DNA from: a virus | Taxonomy: Duplodnaviria > Caudoviricetes | Strand: one strand, 5' to 3' | Length of the DNA stretch: 55,128 nt | Virus record (IMG/VR): IMGVR_UViG_3300034126_000032 | Coordinates: 1-55,128 of that record | Shown: piece after piece, positions 1-8,556 of the stretch | Position numbering within the stretch: the stretch's first letter is position 1 | How the letters are laid out: every line of letters starts with the position of its first letter | Translations under genes and position numbers: made by a program | Notes under the pieces: generated by a model | Seen by the model: only the letters and a program-made list of their open reading frames with translations | Databases searched by the model: none | Told to the model about the DNA's origin: nothing

Positions 1-85
1 GGACTCCACGCAGGCCACGGGGGTGAAGTGGGCGGCCGCCGGCGTATCCGCGTCCTTGGTTGATGCTAAGGGTGACCTCATTACT
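1..85. repeat. Terminal direct repeat (circular assembly overlap), copy 1
   Basis: 1-85 is identical to 55044-55128 (also to 148-232). Confidence 0.9.
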
Positions 86-332
86 GCTACCGCTGACAAC
101 GTGGTTGCCCGCTTGCCGGTTGGTGCGGACACGCAGGTGTTGACCGCGGACTCCACGCAGGCCACGGGGGTGAAGTGGGCGGCCGCCGGCGTATCCGCGT
201 CCTTGGTTGATGCTAAGGGTGACCTCATTACTGCTACCGCTGACAACGTGGTTGCCCGCTTGCCGGTTGGTGCGAACACTCAAGTGCTGACCGCGGACTC
301 CGCCCAGACCGCAGGGGTGAAGTGGGCGGCCG
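1..332 (+). repeat. 147-bp (49-aa) tandem repeat inside fibre gene
   Basis: GGACTCCACGCAGGCC... recurs at 1 and 148, degenerate at 295; encodes [31 protein letters not shown]...GVKW units. Confidence 0.9.
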
Positions 333-1012
333 CGTCTGACCCCCTGCGTGTCCTCAAAACGGGTGACACCATGACCGGCCTCCTCGCCCTCCCAGCCGGT
401 GCAGGAGGCGTTGGCGGTCTGACCATCGGCGCGGATGTCAACCTGTACCGCTTTGGTGCCGACTTTCTCAAGACTGATGACACCTTCATCGTCAACAATT
501 CAAACACAGGCGCGTCGTTACAGGTGGTGAGCAGTCACGTCACTGGCAACGGTATATATGTTTCACTTGAAACAGTAACTCAACCGGCGCTCCGTGTTAT
601 TCGCAGTAGTGTGGATTCCAATAACCGGTTCAGCCTTGACGGCAACGGTCTAATGACTTGGGGCTCCGGCACTCTAGCTGGCGACACCAACCTGTACCGT
701 AACGGAGTAGGTGTTCTCAGGACGGACTCCGATTTCTCCATCGGCGTAGCGGGCAAAGGGCTGAAGGTAAAAGAAGGCGCCAACGCCAAGATGGGCGTGG
801 CGACCCTAGTGCTGGGAACTGTAGTGGTCTCCAACACAAGTGTCACCGCGGTCAGCCGCATTCAGCTCACCGCCCAGTCCTTGGGAACGGTCACGGTCCC
901 GTCGGCGCTGGCAGTTTCAGCACGGACAGCAGGAACGTCGTTCACGATCCTTGCCTCACAACTCACGGACACGTCGGTCGTAGCATGGCAAATCATGGAA
1001 CCAGCGGCATAG
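23..1012 (+). CDS. Virion fibre/appendage protein, 3' part; true start 54916, spans circular junction
   Basis: DAKGDL repeats, KTGDTMTG fibre motif, two D-x-NLYR beta repeats, C-terminal beta domain; lies between capsid genes and tail tube. Confidence 0.7.
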   Translation: MKWAAAGVSASLVDAKGDLITATADNVVARLPVGADTQVLTADSTQATGVKWAAAGVSASLVDAKGDLITATADNVVARLPVGANTQVLTADSAQTAGVKWAAASDPLRVLKTGDTMTGLLALPAGAGGVGGLTIGADVNLYRFGADFLKTDDTFIVNNSNTGASLQVVSSHVTGNGIYVSLETVTQPALRVIRSSVDSNNRFSLDGNGLMTWGSGTLAGDTNLYRNGVGVLRTDSDFSIGVAGKGLKVKEGANAKMGVATLVLGTVVVSNTSVTAVSRIQLTAQSLGTVTVPSALAVSARTAGTSFTILASQLTDTSVVAWQIMEPAA

Positions 1013-1040
1013 GGACATACGGTGAAACTAGGGGATTCTG

Positions 1041-1733
1041 ATGGCTAATCTGCTTTGCGCCAAACCACTACAAGGCGACACCATGCGTGTTACCCGCCTT
1101 GATGAGTGCGGTAACCCGGAGTATGGGGACTGTGCGTTCGCCGTGTCCGACGGGTTCATCTCCATCACGTTGACCCCGAATGTGGAGGATGGTGAGCGGT
1201 TCCTGGCGCGGAATGCTGCCGGGCGGGCCATCATCAATCAGCGTGCCGCCCCAGCGTTGAACTGGTACGACGTGACCATGGTGTTCCAAGAAGTCGACTT
1301 CGAGCTGTTCACGATCATCACCGGGCTGCTCCCGTACATGGATGATGCGAACCATGTGATCGGTTTCCCCGTCACCGAAGAGCACTACGCCACCGCGAAC
1401 TTCGCCCTGGAAGCGTGGATGGGTAACGCGGAAGAGGAATGCCTTCCCGGTGACCCGTACCCGTTCTTCGGGTACAACCTGCTCCCATGGGTTGTCGAAG
1501 GCGCCCTGTCCGAAGACTTGGTGATCACGAATGATCTGATCACGTTCACCGTCGCCGGGCGCACCCGCAAGGGCACCCCGTGGGGTGTCGGCCCATACGA
1601 CGTGGTCCGCAACGCCACCAACCACCCGCATCACCTGTTCACGCCTATCCCGACGGATACGCATGATCTGCAGATCTGGACCCAGTTGGCACCACCGCTG
1701 CCGGAATGCGGCTGCACTTCGTTGTCGAGTTAG
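1041..1733 (+). CDS. Major tail (tube) protein, copy 1
   Basis: MRVTRLDECG motif typical of actinophage tail-tube proteins; size 230 aa; position; close paralogue at 43672. Confidence 0.75.
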   Translation: MANLLCAKPLQGDTMRVTRLDECGNPEYGDCAFAVSDGFISITLTPNVEDGERFLARNAAGRAIINQRAAPALNWYDVTMVFQEVDFELFTIITGLLPYMDDANHVIGFPVTEEHYATANFALEAWMGNAEEECLPGDPYPFFGYNLLPWVVEGALSEDLVITNDLITFTVAGRTRKGTPWGVGPYDVVRNATNHPHHLFTPIPTDTHDLQIWTQLAPPLPECGCTSLSS

Positions 1734-1773
1734 GTCCTGATGCGCCCGTTGCGGGGTTGGAGGTGCAACGCTG

Positions 1774-3861
1774 ATGGCACGATTGGTAGGACCTGATGAG
1801 GCTAGCCGGCTGGTATATCTAACCAGCGGCCCCAACAAGGGTAAAGCGTCCGCTCAGGGCATGTCCGTCGTCGTCTACGCCGATGCTGGTGCCTCAACCC
1901 TGGCGGACATCCAAACCGTCGGGGGCGCCGCGATCGCCGGTAGCACCCTGCTGGTCGACCCCTGGTCGAAGATTCCCCTGTTCTTGTTCCCCGATAACGT
2001 CGACACCGTGTACGCGGTGGTGTCCGGTGGGCCGGTGGTGCCGCTGTATGCCCGCACCGACGACCGTTTGGACACCCTGGAAACTACGGTGGCCGGCCTT
2101 GGCGGTGCCGCCGTCCTGTCCGTGGGAACAACCCCGGGGACTGTTGCGGCCGGGGATGATTCCCGGATTATCGGGGCGGCACAGAAAGCGTCGAACCTGT
2201 CCGACCTCGCCAGCGCGGGTGCGGCCCGCACAAACCTCGGTTTGGGTACGGCTGCCACAACGGCAGCCGGCGATTACGACCCGGCAGGGGCAGCCGCTTC
2301 CGCGCAGGCCACGGCAGTCCAGCGTGCGAATCACACCGGTACCCAGTCGGCTGACACTCTGACCGACGGGACCACGAACAAGGCGTTCCTGGCCACGGAG
2401 CGCACGAAACTGGCCGGGGTCGCCGCAGGCGCCACCGCCAACGCCACGGACGCGCAACTCCGAGACCGGGCCACGCACACCGGTACCCAGGCCACCAGCA
2501 CGGTCACCGGCCTGGACACGGCGCTGGCTGCGCTGGGTGCTTTCGGAGGAAACCTCGCCGCACTGTTCGGTGACTCGCTGGCGAACAACGGTGACGGCGT
2601 CGCGTACTGGATTGCGGCTCTGACCAACCAGAAGTTCTGCTTTACCTCTGTCGGGGGTTATATCAACTACCACCCCGGATACACGTCGTCGCAGATCGTA
2701 GCCTTGACTACGCAGATCACCGCGCTCAGCCCTCGCCCCCGATACTGCTTCATTTCCGCAGGCAGCAACGACGCAGCCACCGGCGTCACGTCCGCGACAT
2801 TCCTGGCCAACATCACATCGATTTGCGATGCGTTGCTCGCCGCGCGCATCCTGCCCGTCATCATGGGACCGCCCCCGCGCACGGGGGTATTCGGACTGGT
2901 CGCTGAATACAACCTGCGGCTTTACCGGTACGCCAGCTCCACCGGAATACCATTCCTGGACCAGTATTCGATCCTGGTGGACCCGGCCACCGGTGGCTAC
3001 CTGGCTGCCTACGACTCTGGCGACGGGACCCATCCGTCGCCAGCAGGGTGCAAGGCCATTGCCACCAAGGCTGCAACCGACCTGGCGCCCCTGGCCTCAC
3101 CGGCGTTGAACCTGGCAGGACTAGCGATGTCCGCGGGCAACGTCACACCGCAGGCTGCGAACCTTCTAGACACCGACAGCAACGGGGTCGGAGACGCCTA
3201 CGGGGTGACACCTTCCTCGGGATTCGCCTATTCCAGGATCGCAGACAGCCGGGGTTGGTACTGGCAGCGGATGACCCTATCCTCTGCTGCTGGTGCCAAA
3301 ACTGTCAACGGTAGCAATCTCGTACTCCCGCTGCTATCCACAACGCTAGCAGCAAGCGCGTCGATTGGGGCAGTTACGCTGTCTACCGTGGGGACTGCGA
3401 CAGTTGGCGGCGCCATGTACAAGCTGTCTGGTCCCAACGGTTCTTATGAAATCGTTCGGGCAAACTCCGTGTCCGGATCCGGGCCGTTCACTGTCACCTT
3501 GTCCGCGCTTACGCCGCTGAAGATGGCCCACTCTGCTGGAGACACACTCACCCCGTTTGCTGCTATTGGTGACACCCTAGCGTTCGCTGTTAGGGTCCGC
3601 TCCGGTCAAGATCAGGCCACTCTCGCTCCCCAGTTCACGATGTACACGGCTGCGCAGGCATCCGTCACCCGAAACGTGATCATGACGTCTCCGAACACCG
3701 TGTACGGATTCCGGAGACAACTGGAAGACGGACTGCTCTACGCCGAAGCGGTCATCCCAGCCAGCACGGTCAGTATCCAGTTTTCATTCACCGCAGGCCC
3801 CGAAAACGGAACCTACGATTTTGCTCTGCCATACATCGCTAACCTTTCGGCTATCGCTTAG
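1774..3861 (+). CDS. Virion-associated SGNH/GDSL esterase with fibre-like N-terminus
   Basis: FGDSL (block I), SAGSND (block III), DGTHPS (block V); N-terminal ARTNLGLG/RANHTGTQ fibre motifs. Confidence 0.8.
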   Translation: MARLVGPDEASRLVYLTSGPNKGKASAQGMSVVVYADAGASTLADIQTVGGAAIAGSTLLVDPWSKIPLFLFPDNVDTVYAVVSGGPVVPLYARTDDRLDTLETTVAGLGGAAVLSVGTTPGTVAAGDDSRIIGAAQKASNLSDLASAGAARTNLGLGTAATTAAGDYDPAGAAASAQATAVQRANHTGTQSADTLTDGTTNKAFLATERTKLAGVAAGATANATDAQLRDRATHTGTQATSTVTGLDTALAALGAFGGNLAALFGDSLANNGDGVAYWIAALTNQKFCFTSVGGYINYHPGYTSSQIVALTTQITALSPRPRYCFISAGSNDAATGVTSATFLANITSICDALLAARILPVIMGPPPRTGVFGLVAEYNLRLYRYASSTGIPFLDQYSILVDPATGGYLAAYDSGDGTHPSPAGCKAIATKAATDLAPLASPALNLAGLAMSAGNVTPQAANLLDTDSNGVGDAYGVTPSSGFAYSRIADSRGWYWQRMTLSSAAGAKTVNGSNLVLPLLSTTLAASASIGAVTLSTVGTATVGGAMYKLSGPNGSYEIVRANSVSGSGPFTVTLSALTPLKMAHSAGDTLTPFAAIGDTLAFAVRVRSGQDQATLAPQFTMYTAAQASVTRNVIMTSPNTVYGFRRQLEDGLLYAEAVIPASTVSIQFSFTAGPENGTYDFALPYIANLSAIA

Positions 3862-3991
3862 GAGGTGAGTGATGCCGGTACCTGCGGGTGGCGCAACGGA
3901 GCCCGATCGGCTCGCCGCGGTCGAAGACCTCGCCGCGAACTGCAGCCCCGTACGCTGGTAGTAATCAAGTCCTGCTGAAGGGGGTGGCATC

Positions 3992-4846
3992 ATGCCGGTA
4001 CCTGCGGGTGGTTGGCCGCTGTCAGGTCTGCTGACGGCGACCGCACCCTGCAACTGGGACCTGGTTGTCCCAGCCGACGTGTGCCCGGACTGGGCCGGCT
4101 ACCCCCAGACAACGAAGGACACCGCGCTGTGGTTGGCGTCCACGTACCTGTGGGCTGCCACTGGCCGCCGGTTCGGGCCGTGTCCGATCACTGTGCGCCC
4201 GAATCAGGGCGGGTCCGGTGAGGTCCTATACCAGGACTACCCCGTCACCCCCGGTGCTGACGGCGTGGGTGTGCCTGGTGGCCCATTCCTGTTCGCCGGG
4301 CGCTGGTTCAACGCCGGCTGCGCCACAGCCTGCTGCGGTGACCAAGGCTGCGCCATCGTGTTGCGCGGCCCGGTCGCCGGGATCGAGGAAGTCACCGTCG
4401 ACGACGAGGTGATCCCGGCGAGCGCGTACCGGGTCGACATCACCGCCGGCACCTGGCTACTCGTCCGCATCGACGGGCAGTGCTGGCCGGTATGTCAGGA
4501 CTTCACCGCCGACGAAGGCGAGCTCGGGGCGTTCACGGTCACCTACCTCCTCGGCGAACCAGTGCCCGAAGCACTTGCTATCGCGACGGCGATGCTCGCG
4601 TGCGAGTGGGCCAAGGGCCTGACCGGCGGGGTATGCGCGCTCCCGTCCCGGATGACCCAGCTCTCCCGGCAAGGTGTCACCGTCGAGCTGGATGCCCCGG
4701 ACGCCGGGGAGAAGACCGGCATCGCACATGTGGACATGGTCGTAGCGTTGCTGAACCCCAGCAAGCGGGTGAGTCCGCCGCTGCTTATGTCGCCGGATCT
4801 GCCGGAGCGGTGTGACCGGATGACCGTCATCGGCGCAGGCTCATGA
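3992..4846 (+). CDS. Head-to-tail adaptor (Cys-rich)
   Basis: LWAATGRRFGPC, CWPVCQ, CALPSR...SRQGVT, TGIxxVD motifs of actinophage adaptors. Confidence 0.7.
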   Translation: MPVPAGGWPLSGLLTATAPCNWDLVVPADVCPDWAGYPQTTKDTALWLASTYLWAATGRRFGPCPITVRPNQGGSGEVLYQDYPVTPGADGVGVPGGPFLFAGRWFNAGCATACCGDQGCAIVLRGPVAGIEEVTVDDEVIPASAYRVDITAGTWLLVRIDGQCWPVCQDFTADEGELGAFTVTYLLGEPVPEALAIATAMLACEWAKGLTGGVCALPSRMTQLSRQGVTVELDAPDAGEKTGIAHVDMVVALLNPSKRVSPPLLMSPDLPERCDRMTVIGAGS

Positions 4847-5034
4847 TGGATACCAAGGTGTGTCAGTTCTGCTGGGCGGTGGTAGCTACCCGGATGGCTG
4901 AAGCCCACGAGGAGTGGCACATGCGGATCTCCGAGGTGGCGATAGAAAACACCAAGCGGATCGATGCCGTGGTTCAATCGCTGACTTCCCTGCTTCAAGG
5001 GCTTGCGGAGGATGATGGCGATGGTCGTCGCTGA
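4843..5034 (+). CDS. Small hypothetical protein (CxxC/HxxWH)
   Basis: ATGA overlap with upstream gene. Confidence 0.5.
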   Translation: MMDTKVCQFCWAVVATRMAEAHEEWHMRISEVAIENTKRIDAVVQSLTSLLQGLAEDDGDGRR

Positions 5035-5569
5035 TCCGCTGGTCATGCCGTTGGCGCGGGAAATGCTGGCCTGCTTGGACCAGGAAATCCTGAAAGTCAC
5101 CAACCCGCCCACATACGTACAACTCCGCCCCGGCAGCATCACCGACCACCTGCTATCCACCCACCAGGACGAGTGCTGCGAAGGCCTGGCATGGGTGCGC
5201 CCGGACGCGTTCTACCCCGCCTCCGGGGCGTTCCCCGCCCAAGACTCGGCCCCACTACCCAAGGGCACCCTCGCTTGGGCGGTCACGCTCGAGCTCGGGG
5301 TGGTCCGGTGCGCGCCAACCCCCGACGAACACCGCATCCCCACCGCCGCGGAATGGGATGACACCACCCAAGCAGTCATGGACGATGCTGCGGCGATGAG
5401 GCGGGCGATCTGTTGTTTCATCGACGGCGCCCCGGGCCGGGCCCGGCTGGTGTTGCCGGGGTTGTGGCAACCGTTGTCGGTGCAGGGTGGGTGTGTGGGT
5501 GGGATCCTGCCCGTTACCGTCCGCGGTCAAGCCTGCGACTGCTCCGAAGCCGGATACAGTTCGTCATGA
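5021..5569 (+). CDS. Tail terminator / head-tail connector
   Basis: CCEGLAWVR, ELGVVRCAP, QGGCVGG motifs; position. Confidence 0.6.
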   Translation: MVVADPLVMPLAREMLACLDQEILKVTNPPTYVQLRPGSITDHLLSTHQDECCEGLAWVRPDAFYPASGAFPAQDSAPLPKGTLAWAVTLELGVVRCAPTPDEHRIPTAAEWDDTTQAVMDDAAAMRRAICCFIDGAPGRARLVLPGLWQPLSVQGGCVGGILPVTVRGQACDCSEAGYSSS

Positions 5570-5597
5570 GCAGTCGGGTAGGGCCGGGGTGTCAAGC

Positions 5598-5626
5598 TTG
5601 ATACATTGTATGGTTGCCTGTAACGT
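5598..5626 (+). promoter_or_regulatory. Sigma70/HrdB-type promoter
   Basis: TTGATA-17nt(ending GCCTG)-TAACGT. Confidence 0.65.
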
Positions 5627-5631
5627 TGGGA

Positions 5632-5890
5632 ATGAGCGGTCCGACGTTCGCCCACGACCGGTCTGAACAACTCAAGGCGGACGCCCCATGCGGACGGGGT
5701 AAAGAGGTCCGATGCACCAGGGCTCCGGTAGCGCAGGAGGACGGACGTCGCGCCAACAGAGCGGGCCGGAGCCCGCACCAAGGTCAGGGGCGCTGGAGGG
5801 CGCAGGCAGGCGATGCCGACCAGTCCCCCTGACCGCACCTAGACCGCAAATAGCCCCCGGGTGTGTCAAAACTCCGGGGGCCACCGCTCT
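5632..5890 (+). ncRNA. Candidate structured non-coding RNA
   Basis: Follows promoter; nested complementary stems; three hairpins each followed by GCACC; 5'/3' closing stem GAGCGGT/ACCGCTC. Confidence 0.55.
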
Positions 5891-5945
5891 ATCTACCCAC
5901 AACTTTACAGCCATCACGTCAGCGATTACAAGGGGTGCATGTCCG

Positions 5946-6359
5946 GTGGCGCACAGCCTGACCGTTGACCGGCTCAAACTCCAAGGCGTCGGCATGGACA
6001 CGGCACGGAAAGCCGTCAACCGGGTAGTCCGCCGCACCTTCAACCGCTCCCAAGTCCTGTGCCCCGTCGACACCGGCCTACTCCGCGCGTCCGGGCGCAT
6101 GGACTTGGGCAAAGACCGGGGGATGCTGGTCATCGGCGGGGTCACCTACACGGCGGAGTATGCGGCGGCGGTGCATGAGGGCCGCCGGGCTTTGACGATC
6201 AGGGCGAAACGGCCTGGTGGGAAACTCCGGTTCGTGGTGGACGGCAAGGTGGTGTACGCGAAGGCGGTGCATCAGCCGGCCCGGAAGGGCCGCCCGTACC
6301 TGTCCACCGCGTTACGTGAGGTAGCCGCCCAGGAAGGCTTCACGGTGACCATCCGCTGA
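5946..6359 (+). CDS. HK97 gp10-like tail completion protein
   Basis: CPVDTGLLRAS, YAAAVHEG, HQPARKGRPYL motifs; GTG start with upstream AGGGG. Confidence 0.75.
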   Translation: MAHSLTVDRLKLQGVGMDTARKAVNRVVRRTFNRSQVLCPVDTGLLRASGRMDLGKDRGMLVIGGVTYTAEYAAAVHEGRRALTIRAKRPGGKLRFVVDGKVVYAKAVHQPARKGRPYLSTALREVAAQEGFTVTIR

Positions 6360-6390
6360 GTGTCCTATCAGCCTGAGATAGGGTGGCAGG

Positions 6391-6792
6391 ATGACCGCCC
6401 CTGAGCTTCCCCCCGAGCTGGAGATCACCTTCCAGGGTCGGACACTGCGAGTCAGAATGCCCACCGCAGAACAGCTCCTCGTCTGGAAACGGACCCTGCG
6501 CAAGCTGCAAGACGCCGAGGTCAAGTCGTGGAACGCCGACCAAGCCCTAGCCGCACTGGAACGCACCCGCCGCATCATCGACTCAGTCCTGGTCAACCAC
6601 GACGACGCGGACTGGTTGGATGATGAAATGCTGGCCGGGAGCCTGACCCTGCTCGACACCGCGTCGATCATCAACCAGACGGTGGCTGTGTTTGCGGACG
6701 CCGCTGAAGCTGAAACCAACCGCGGGACCCGCCGCGCGGTCAAGAAGACAGCCCCGGTCAAGAAAGCAACCAGAAAGGTAACCCCCCGATGA
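6391..6792 (+). CDS. Putative tail assembly chaperone
   Basis: Size and position upstream of tape measure; basic C-terminal tail. Confidence 0.5.
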   Translation: MTAPELPPELEITFQGRTLRVRMPTAEQLLVWKRTLRKLQDAEVKSWNADQALAALERTRRIIDSVLVNHDDADWLDDEMLAGSLTLLDTASIINQTVAVFADAAEAETNRGTRRAVKKTAPVKKATRKVTPR

Positions 6793-7139
6793 CTAGCACT
6801 CCCAGCCCTGACCCAGTCTGGGTGTTCGGGACCCGTGAACACGCGGCCTTCATTACCGAGGGCCGCCACCCAGGCGTGCGTGACGCGCTCCAGTGGCTTA
6901 CCTTCTCGCACCTCCCCGAGCAACTCCAGCGGTACTCCCAGCCGTTCTACCAGACCGCTGCGGAGCTGATCGTCGAGATCGGCACGGATTCGCCGGAGCT
7001 GACCACCGCGCTGAACGGGCTGATTGCGGCTAAGGATTCGGCGGTCCGGGCGGGGATCAAGCACGACACCGGCCGTGCCGGGTCGGTGCCGCGGCCCCAG
7101 GCCGTGGTGGACCCGCCGCTGTTCGGCCAGGACGCATGA
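6789..7139 (+). CDS. Conserved phage hypothetical protein
   Basis: FSHLPEQLQxxSQPF...AKDSAVRA motif; ATGA overlap. Confidence 0.65.
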   Translation: MTSTPSPDPVWVFGTREHAAFITEGRHPGVRDALQWLTFSHLPEQLQRYSQPFYQTAAELIVEIGTDSPELTTALNGLIAAKDSAVRAGIKHDTGRAGSVPRPQAVVDPPLFGQDA

Positions 7140-7522
7140 GCAACCTGTATCGAGAAGGCGACCACTGGGTTCCGTCCGAAGACATCAACATCGGTGAGAT
7201 CAGCGACGGCCACCATACGTTCGGAGAGTTGTACGATCACCGGCGTGCGCTGACCGCTGCACTCGCAGCGCTCATGATCTGGTATGCCCCGTTCGGGTGG
7301 ACAGCATGGCGGAGTAAAGCCCACCACCCTGACGACACGCCCATGTTTGAAGGCGGGTATTTCATTGTAGGGATCGAAGTTCCTACTGGCACGATCACCT
7401 ATCACTACAGGCTTTCGCACTGGGACGACTTCGCGGTGGTACCCGAGTTGGATCATGCGCCTAAGTGGGACGGTGCCAGCCCGGACGCAACCGTGACCAG
7501 GCTCCTCGGCATGGCACACTGA
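7136..7522 (+). CDS. WDGH-domain-like protein
   Basis: SDGHHTFGELYDHR, HHPD, ITYHY, APKWDG motifs. Confidence 0.65.
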   Translation: MSNLYREGDHWVPSEDINIGEISDGHHTFGELYDHRRALTAALAALMIWYAPFGWTAWRSKAHHPDDTPMFEGGYFIVGIEVPTGTITYHYRLSHWDDFAVVPELDHAPKWDGASPDATVTRLLGMAH

Positions 7523-7532
7523 TGGCCTGACC

Positions 7533-8273
7533 GTGGATGTGGATCCGGTTGCGTCGATGCGCTGCTGGGCCATCGACCTCGAGCTGGCCGGTCACATGTT
7601 CGACATCCCGGCCATGCCAGCCGCAGACTGGTGGCCAGTCCTGACTACCGGGGATCTGGCCCTCATCCTCGACTTTATCGAGGACACAGGCGACCTGGAC
7701 GATCTGATCCTCGACGGCAGGCTGCCCCCCGGCGCACTCGCCGACGCACTCACCGACGCAATAGAAGTCACCGCCGGCCGCACCCTGCACGCAGCCATGG
7801 TCCTCGCCACCGTCGCCACCAGTCATTGGGCCAGCATCAACGGCACGATCACCGGCACAGGGTTCCGGTGGGACGGGCAACCACTCGGTGCCGCACTCGA
7901 CGCCATCCACGCCGAAATCACCAGCCGCCTGGAAAAAGCTGACCTGGCCAAGTTTATGACCCTGCTCGATAATGAGGCCCTGACCGGCAGGAAACGCGGC
8001 CGGGGTTCGTCCAAGGCTGCGGAGCAGTTCGAGATGGTGGCCGGACCCAAACCTACGTCTGGTGTGAAATCCACCGGCGGGCCGTCCGATAATGCACGCC
8101 CCAGAACTCGGACACAGCCCCGGCCGCCCCACCCGGCCGCCCAGTCGCCCGCGCCCACACCGCAACCCGGGCCACCCGCTGGAAATGCTCAGCAGGCCAC
8201 GACCGGCAGCCCAGGGGTCTCGGTGCCGCCAACCTCCGATACTGCGCCTCACCCTCACCCGCCAGGGCACTAG
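7533..8273 (+). CDS. Putative tail assembly chaperone (second part)
   Basis: Position before tape measure; IPAMPAADW motif; Pro-rich tail overlaps antisense gene. Confidence 0.5.
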   Translation: MDVDPVASMRCWAIDLELAGHMFDIPAMPAADWWPVLTTGDLALILDFIEDTGDLDDLILDGRLPPGALADALTDAIEVTAGRTLHAAMVLATVATSHWASINGTITGTGFRWDGQPLGAALDAIHAEITSRLEKADLAKFMTLLDNEALTGRKRGRGSSKAAEQFEMVAGPKPTSGVKSTGGPSDNARPRTRTQPRPPHPAAQSPAPTPQPGPPAGNAQQATTGSPGVSVPPTSDTAPHPHPPGH

Positions 8274-8484
8274 CCGCCACACCAGCCAACTGCCGCACCG
8301 GGATCTGCGCCAGGGCGGTAGAGGTGATCGGTGCCCCGTCCCTAGCGTTCACAGCCAGGGCGAGGACCGTGGGCCGGCCCGCGCCTGGTCCGGCCAGCCG
8401 CACCCGGACAGTCCACGGGAACCCAGGATCGACCAGTTCGATTTCGTCGCCGAGGTTTGATAGTTGAGCACGGGACACATCCAC
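8053..8484 (-). CDS. DUF6214-like HTH protein
   Basis: ITSTALAQIPV...RVARVA...GAVSEFWGVHYRTARRWI C-terminal HTH pattern. Confidence 0.55.
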   Translation of the reverse strand: MDVSRAQLSNLGDEIELVDPGFPWTVRVRLAGPGAGRPTVLALAVNARDGAPITSTALAQIPVRQLAGVAASALAGEGEAQYRRLAAPRPLGCRSWPAEHFQRVARVAVWARATGRPGGAAGAVSEFWGVHYRTARRWISHQT

Positions 8485-8556
8485 CAGGACAGTTTACGCC
8501 AGTTGTCCCCCAAGTCTGGGATGCCTGGACACTAGATCAGCCGTAGGCTGGCCCTT

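Noticed and set aside
5614-5832. 66-72 aa ORF after the promoter
   Set aside because: Composition is not protein-like and the region is better explained by nested base-pairing; not fully excluded
5712-5945. N-terminal extension of the gp10-like ORF
   Set aside because: Runs through the structured region; better start is GTG 5946
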